Positions 28,573-32,923 of a DNA stretch of 32,923 bases are shown piece after piece. Below the pieces are notes generated by a model. The model searched no databases. It had not been told where the DNA came from and saw only the letters and a program-made list of their open reading frames with translations. Location of the stretch: the sequence record ON470593; one strand, 5' to 3'. Positions within the stretch are counted from its first letter, which is position 1. Every line of letters begins with the position of its first letter. This DNA is from Escherichia phage vB_EcoM-683R1. The translations under genes and the position numbers were made by a program.

Positions 28573-28626
28573 TGCAGAAATAACGAGCAAATGGCATCAT
28601 TCCTGCTTTTGTCAGAGGGATCCACT

Positions 28627-28941
28627 ATGCTTATTGGCTATGTACGTGTGTCAACAAATGACCAGAACACAGATCTACAACGTAATGCGCTGAACTGTGC
28701 AGGATGCGAGCTGTTTTTTGAAGACAAGATAAGCGGTACAAAGTCCGAAAGGCCGGGACTGAAAAAACTGCTCAGGACATTATCGGCAGGTGACACTCTG
28801 GTTGTCTGGAAGCTGGATCGGCTGGGGCGCAGTGTGCGGCATCTTGTCGTGCTGGTGGAGGAGTTGTGCGAACAAGGTGTTAATTTTAGTAGTTATGTTA
28901 TTACAGGTGGGGGATTTCTCCCCCTTATGCAGATTTTCTAG
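28627..28941 (+). pseudogene. Serine DNA invertase (Pin/Gin/Cin/Hin family), 3'-truncated after about 90 codons
   Basis: MLIGYVRVSTNDQNTDLQRNAL…KLDRLGRS…GVNF matches the invertase catalytic domain (active-site Ser in VRVS); after GVNF the sequence diverges (SSYVITGGGFLPLMQIF*) and the resolvase C-terminal/HTH domain is missing; DNA turns AT-rich at about 28888. Confidence 0.8.
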
Positions 28942-28945
28942 TTAA

Positions 28946-29791
28946 CTATTGGCGAAGTGGCCATATTTTTCTGTTTTTTAAAAAACTATCTTCAACTATA
29001 TAACTGCAACAATGTTCACTAAGGCCATAAAAACTAATTATTCCATATTTATGAGAAGCTATATCAGACAGTTCTGCTAATACTGTGGCAAGCCAACGAG
29101 CGATGCTAAGAGAATAGAATCTTCCCCACTTTTGAACAATGGTATTTTGTCCAGTACGGATGGAGGCTGATATAAGGTCTTGCATAATGTTGGTACTTTC
29201 ATTCATATACATGACCGTTGTATACGGTGAAAGAGTGGCATTGATAAACCTAGCATTTTCTTCAACACGTCTTTGTTCAACTGTATAATAATAATGTTTT
29301 TCAAGGATACTCTCGGCTACTTCTCCCCACCATTTATTAATAGGTTCATTATTGGTTAAATTGGGGCTGCTTAATGAGGAGAAATTTGCGTAACGTCCCC
29401 GTCGGGCATCAGCAAAGGAATCTAAACATTCAAGTATTTTGTAGGTAATTTTATGTGTAGGACGTGAATATCTCAGAGATAGTTGCATTTTTTTAGAAAT
29501 ACTATCAACCTCGTTGGTTAATTCAATGAGCTTATGTCCAAATTTTCTTACAATATTCTCATCAGGCATTTTCCCTTTGTGTTCAATGGCATAGTGTGCA
29601 ACAAGTATTAGTTTAGCAAGTCTCTCAAAACCTACAGAAAGCCCAAAAAATGCTGTGTAATATTCACCTATTTTGTCTGCATAATTGGCTTTACCTATGG
29701 CTGTTGCCCCAGAACCAATGAGCTGTGTAACTAAAGATGCTTCTCGGCCCAGAGCGTGCCATGCTGGAATATCCCAGGGATTTTTATTCAC
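28946..29791 (-). CDS. Hypothetical protein encoded in the AT-rich islet; candidate accessory/defence gene, function unknown
   Basis: 281-aa ORF, GTG start with AGGAAA RBS 8 nt upstream; low GC; located at the prophage end where cargo genes typically sit. Confidence 0.6.
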   Translation of the reverse strand: MNKNPWDIPAWHALGREASLVTQLIGSGATAIGKANYADKIGEYYTAFFGLSVGFERLAKLILVAHYAIEHKGKMPDENIVRKFGHKLIELTNEVDSISKKMQLSLRYSRPTHKITYKILECLDSFADARRGRYANFSSLSSPNLTNNEPINKWWGEVAESILEKHYYYTVEQRRVEENARFINATLSPYTTVMYMNESTNIMQDLISASIRTGQNTIVQKWGRFYSLSIARWLATVLAELSDIASHKYGIISFYGLSEHCCSYIVEDSFLKNRKIWPLRQ

Positions 29792-29918
29792 TTTATTATT
29801 TTCCTTTGCTCATAAATTTAAATTGTTTGAGTATCTCATAAAATATAAGGAGATGGTTAAGGTTGTTGATCGCATATAATAGCTATTGAAAGTCAAGAAC
29901 TCGGTTTTATGTTCTACC

Positions 29919-29959
29919 ACTAATTAATATATTGTGAGTTTGACAATATATTAATTAGT
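29919..29959. repeat. Perfect 17-bp inverted repeat with 7-bp spacer (candidate operator)
   Basis: ACTAATTAATATATTGT-gagtttg-ACAATATATTAATTAGT; arms are exact reverse complements; about 130 bp upstream of the 281-aa gene. Confidence 0.8.
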
Positions 29960-30092
29960 ATGATCAAACCAGCCATCAACTGATTCCTTGTATCTTTCAG
30001 AGTCTCCAGAACAAAAGCCTTAACGAATTCCTTATTTGTGAGTGCCTTACCAAAAGCCCATTGTTGCAGGGAACGAGTATAAAACTCGCCAG

Positions 30093-30359
30093 CTACTGGA
30101 GCAGGCTACCTGATTGTCGATCGATTCCTGCGTCCATATAGTCGATGGTCTTCTGGAGCTCTTCGATTAGGGCAATAGCTTTTGCTCGAGAAATGCATAT
30201 TAGTTGATCCGGAAATTCTTGTAAGGGCCAGTTTGGTATACAGGCCATGTTATCAGTGAAGGATGCAGACAAGTAAACTTCATTGGTAACTAGGGAATAG
30301 CTTACCTCAAAATTGGTGAGTTCCGGCAAACTGCTAACGTTTGATTCTTTTCTGCGCAT
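30093..30359 (-). CDS. Hypothetical small protein
   Basis: 88-aa ORF upstream of, and co-directional with, the 281-aa gene; no recognised motif. Confidence 0.4.
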   Translation of the reverse strand: MRRKESNVSSLPELTNFEVSYSLVTNEVYLSASFTDNMACIPNWPLQEFPDQLICISRAKAIALIEELQKTIDYMDAGIDRQSGSLLQ

Positions 30360-30669
30360 AATATTATCCAGGACTGTAATTATGTACAGTTAATGGTCTT
30401 CAATTTCGAAGAGGGAGTCAAGGGGGAGTCTCAAATGAACCTTTATAGAAAGGGGAGCTCTTTGTGTTGCTGAACGTATGCAAAATTTTTTTGCACCATA
30501 AATTCAATAACACATTCAATAACACATTACTGCATCACCATGAAAATAAATGTATTTTTATTTAATTTCACACATATCACAATTGATGCATTTTTTAGTG
30601 ATTAACAGCGCCATAAGGAAACTCTCAAAACAACACAAACCGGGCGGGCATTATACGCGCATTCTTTAC

Positions 30670-31518
30670 TCAGACCAGTTTTTTCACCAGCGCTTCACTG
30701 TGACGAATACGTTCTGGAGCCAGTTCCAGATCCTGCTGAATCAGCGCAATGAACAGCAAATCCGTTAACATTCCCTGCGCGTGACAAGCAGAGATTGAAG
30801 CACTGTTTGTCGCTTGTTCTTCGGCAATGGTATACAGGCAATGAGAAGCACGCTGTTGCAGGGCATTCGGAGTAAAGCCGGTAATCGCCAGCACTTTTCC
30901 GCCCACTCGCAGCATCTCATCTGCCGCCAGGTTTAACTCGCGTCGTACACCGGTGTAAGAAATGGCTAATAACAGATCGTCAGGGGACGACGCCTGTACG
31001 GTAGCGAGTAGCGCATGCATATCGCGCACTGCGGCAGCATTGAAGCCAATCTTCATCAGCTTCCAGGCAAAGTTTTGCGCCACCAGACCCGAAGCGCCAA
31101 TACCGGTCAGAATTATCCGCCGCGCAGAGCGCAACATTGTTACGCATTCATGCAGTTTCTCTTCACTATTAACGTTTAGCGTTGCGTACATAGCGGCAGT
31201 ATTTTCTTTAATCAGTTTTTCGCCGACCAGCCGTAACGGATCATCACCGCGGATTTGGTTATGAATGGGCACGGAGGGCGATTCCGGCTGGCTTGCCAGC
31301 GCTTCACTCAACGCCAACTTAAGCGCCGGAAAACCTTTATAGCCGAGTTTTTGCGCGAACTTCACGACGCTGGACTGACTGACTCCGGCTTCGTTGGCCA
31401 GTTGCTGAGAGCTTAAATGGCGCGCCGTATCAGGTTGTAGCAGCAGATAATCCGCCAGTTTTTTATCACTCTGGGCAAGCCCCTGGTAACGCTGACGGAT
31501 ACGAAGTAAGCCGTTCAT
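30670..31518 (-). CDS. yfhH: RpiR/MurR-family transcriptional regulator YfhH (host)
   Basis: HTH …LANEAGVSQSSVVKFAQKLGYKGF… plus SIS domain; start set at MNGLLRIRQ (282 aa); adjacent to pgpC and tadA as in E. coli. Confidence 0.85.
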   Translation of the reverse strand: MNGLLRIRQRYQGLAQSDKKLADYLLLQPDTARHLSSQQLANEAGVSQSSVVKFAQKLGYKGFPALKLALSEALASQPESPSVPIHNQIRGDDPLRLVGEKLIKENTAAMYATLNVNSEEKLHECVTMLRSARRIILTGIGASGLVAQNFAWKLMKIGFNAAAVRDMHALLATVQASSPDDLLLAISYTGVRRELNLAADEMLRVGGKVLAITGFTPNALQQRASHCLYTIAEEQATNSASISACHAQGMLTDLLFIALIQQDLELAPERIRHSEALVKKLV

Positions 31519-31726
31519 ATCTTTCCTCGCGATGAAATAGTGGCGACAACAGGCAATATGAGACAAACGCGAGTGAATTTTATATTCCATTGCCGCTAAT
31601 TTCCATGAATTAAAAATTCCAGTTAGCCATGATGCGGTCGATTGTTGCCGGAAAAGTGATGATCTATCTGTTAGGCTATGTAGTAGCGAAAATTAATCAG
31701 GATGTTTCAGTCCAGAGGAGTATGGT

Positions 31727-32362
31727 TTGGCAACTCACGAGCGTCGTGTGGTGTTTTTTGACTTAGATGGAACATTGCATCAGCAGGATATGTTCGGCAG
31801 TTTTTTGCGTTATTTACTGCGGCGCCAACCGCTGAATGCGTTGCTTGTCCTGCCGTTGTTGCCGATCATAGCCATTGCGTTATTGATAAAAGGCCGTGCG
31901 GCACGCTGGCCGATGAGTCTGCTTCTGTGGGGATGCACTTTTGGTCACAATGAAGCGCGTTTGCAGGCGTTGCAGGCCGATTTCGTACGCTGGTTTCGTG
32001 ACAATGTTACCGCCTTTCCGCTGGTTCAGGAGCGATTAACCACCTACCTGTTAAGTTCCGATGCTGATATCTGGTTGATTACCGGCTCTCCGCAGCCGCT
32101 GGTTGAAGCGGTTTATTTCGATACGCCCTGGCTGCCGCGGGTTAATCTTATCGCCAGTCAGATTCAGCGTGGCTATGGTGGTTGGGTATTGACGATGCGT
32201 TGCCTCGGGCATGAGAAGGTCGCGCAACTGGAGCGTAAAATCGGCACGCCACTGCGGTTGTACAGTGGCTATAGCGACAGTAATCAGGACAACCCGCTGC
32301 TTTATTTCTGTCAGCATCGTTGGCGAGTAACCCCGCGCGGTGAACTCCAGCAACTGGAATAG
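31727..32362 (+). CDS. pgpC: Phosphatidylglycerophosphatase C (host)
   Basis: 211 aa, MATHERRVVFFDLDGTLHQQDMFGSFLRYLLRR…, recognised as E. coli YfhB/PgpC (HAD-like). Confidence 0.9.
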   Translation: MATHERRVVFFDLDGTLHQQDMFGSFLRYLLRRQPLNALLVLPLLPIIAIALLIKGRAARWPMSLLLWGCTFGHNEARLQALQADFVRWFRDNVTAFPLVQERLTTYLLSSDADIWLITGSPQPLVEAVYFDTPWLPRVNLIASQIQRGYGGWVLTMRCLGHEKVAQLERKIGTPLRLYSGYSDSNQDNPLLYFCQHRWRVTPRGELQQLE

Positions 32363-32374
32363 AGTAAAGCATAG

Positions 32375-32923
<549 letters not shown>

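Larger units (their letters stand above)
1..28941. mobile_element. Prophage (left end beyond window): lambdoid-style immunity/lysis modules plus Mu/SfV-like myovirus morphogenesis; right end degraded at a truncated invertase
   Basis: Contiguous phage modules in canonical order (repressor, cro, replication, Q, lysis, terminase, head, sheath/tube, tape measure, baseplate, tail fibre, invertase); host genes begin at 30670. Confidence 0.85.

Overview
This window is an Escherichia coli-type chromosomal segment holding about 29 kb of a prophage, then a short AT-rich islet, then three host genes. The prophage reads left to right: a CI-like repressor and Cro-like regulator, a primase-type replication protein with an iteron origin just downstream, a Q-like antiterminator, a lysis cassette (holin, lambda-R-type endolysin, Rz with embedded Rz1), terminase, head genes, and a Mu/SfV-like contractile tail and baseplate. 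It ends in a Gin/Pin/Hin-style invertible tail-fiber switch whose two crossover sites can be read directly, but whose invertase gene is cut off after about 100 codons. Beyond that lies a roughly 1.7 kb AT-rich islet with two uncharacterised minus-strand genes and a perfect 17-bp palindrome, then host yfhH, pgpC (yfhB) and tadA. The most interesting candidates are the locked tail-fiber switch, a low-GC two-gene insert inside the baseplate operon, and the AT-rich islet at the prophage end. Two N-runs (19225-19266, 24018-24034) interrupt the tape-measure and baseplate-spike genes. All protein calls rest on motif and synteny recognition by eye; no database search was run.
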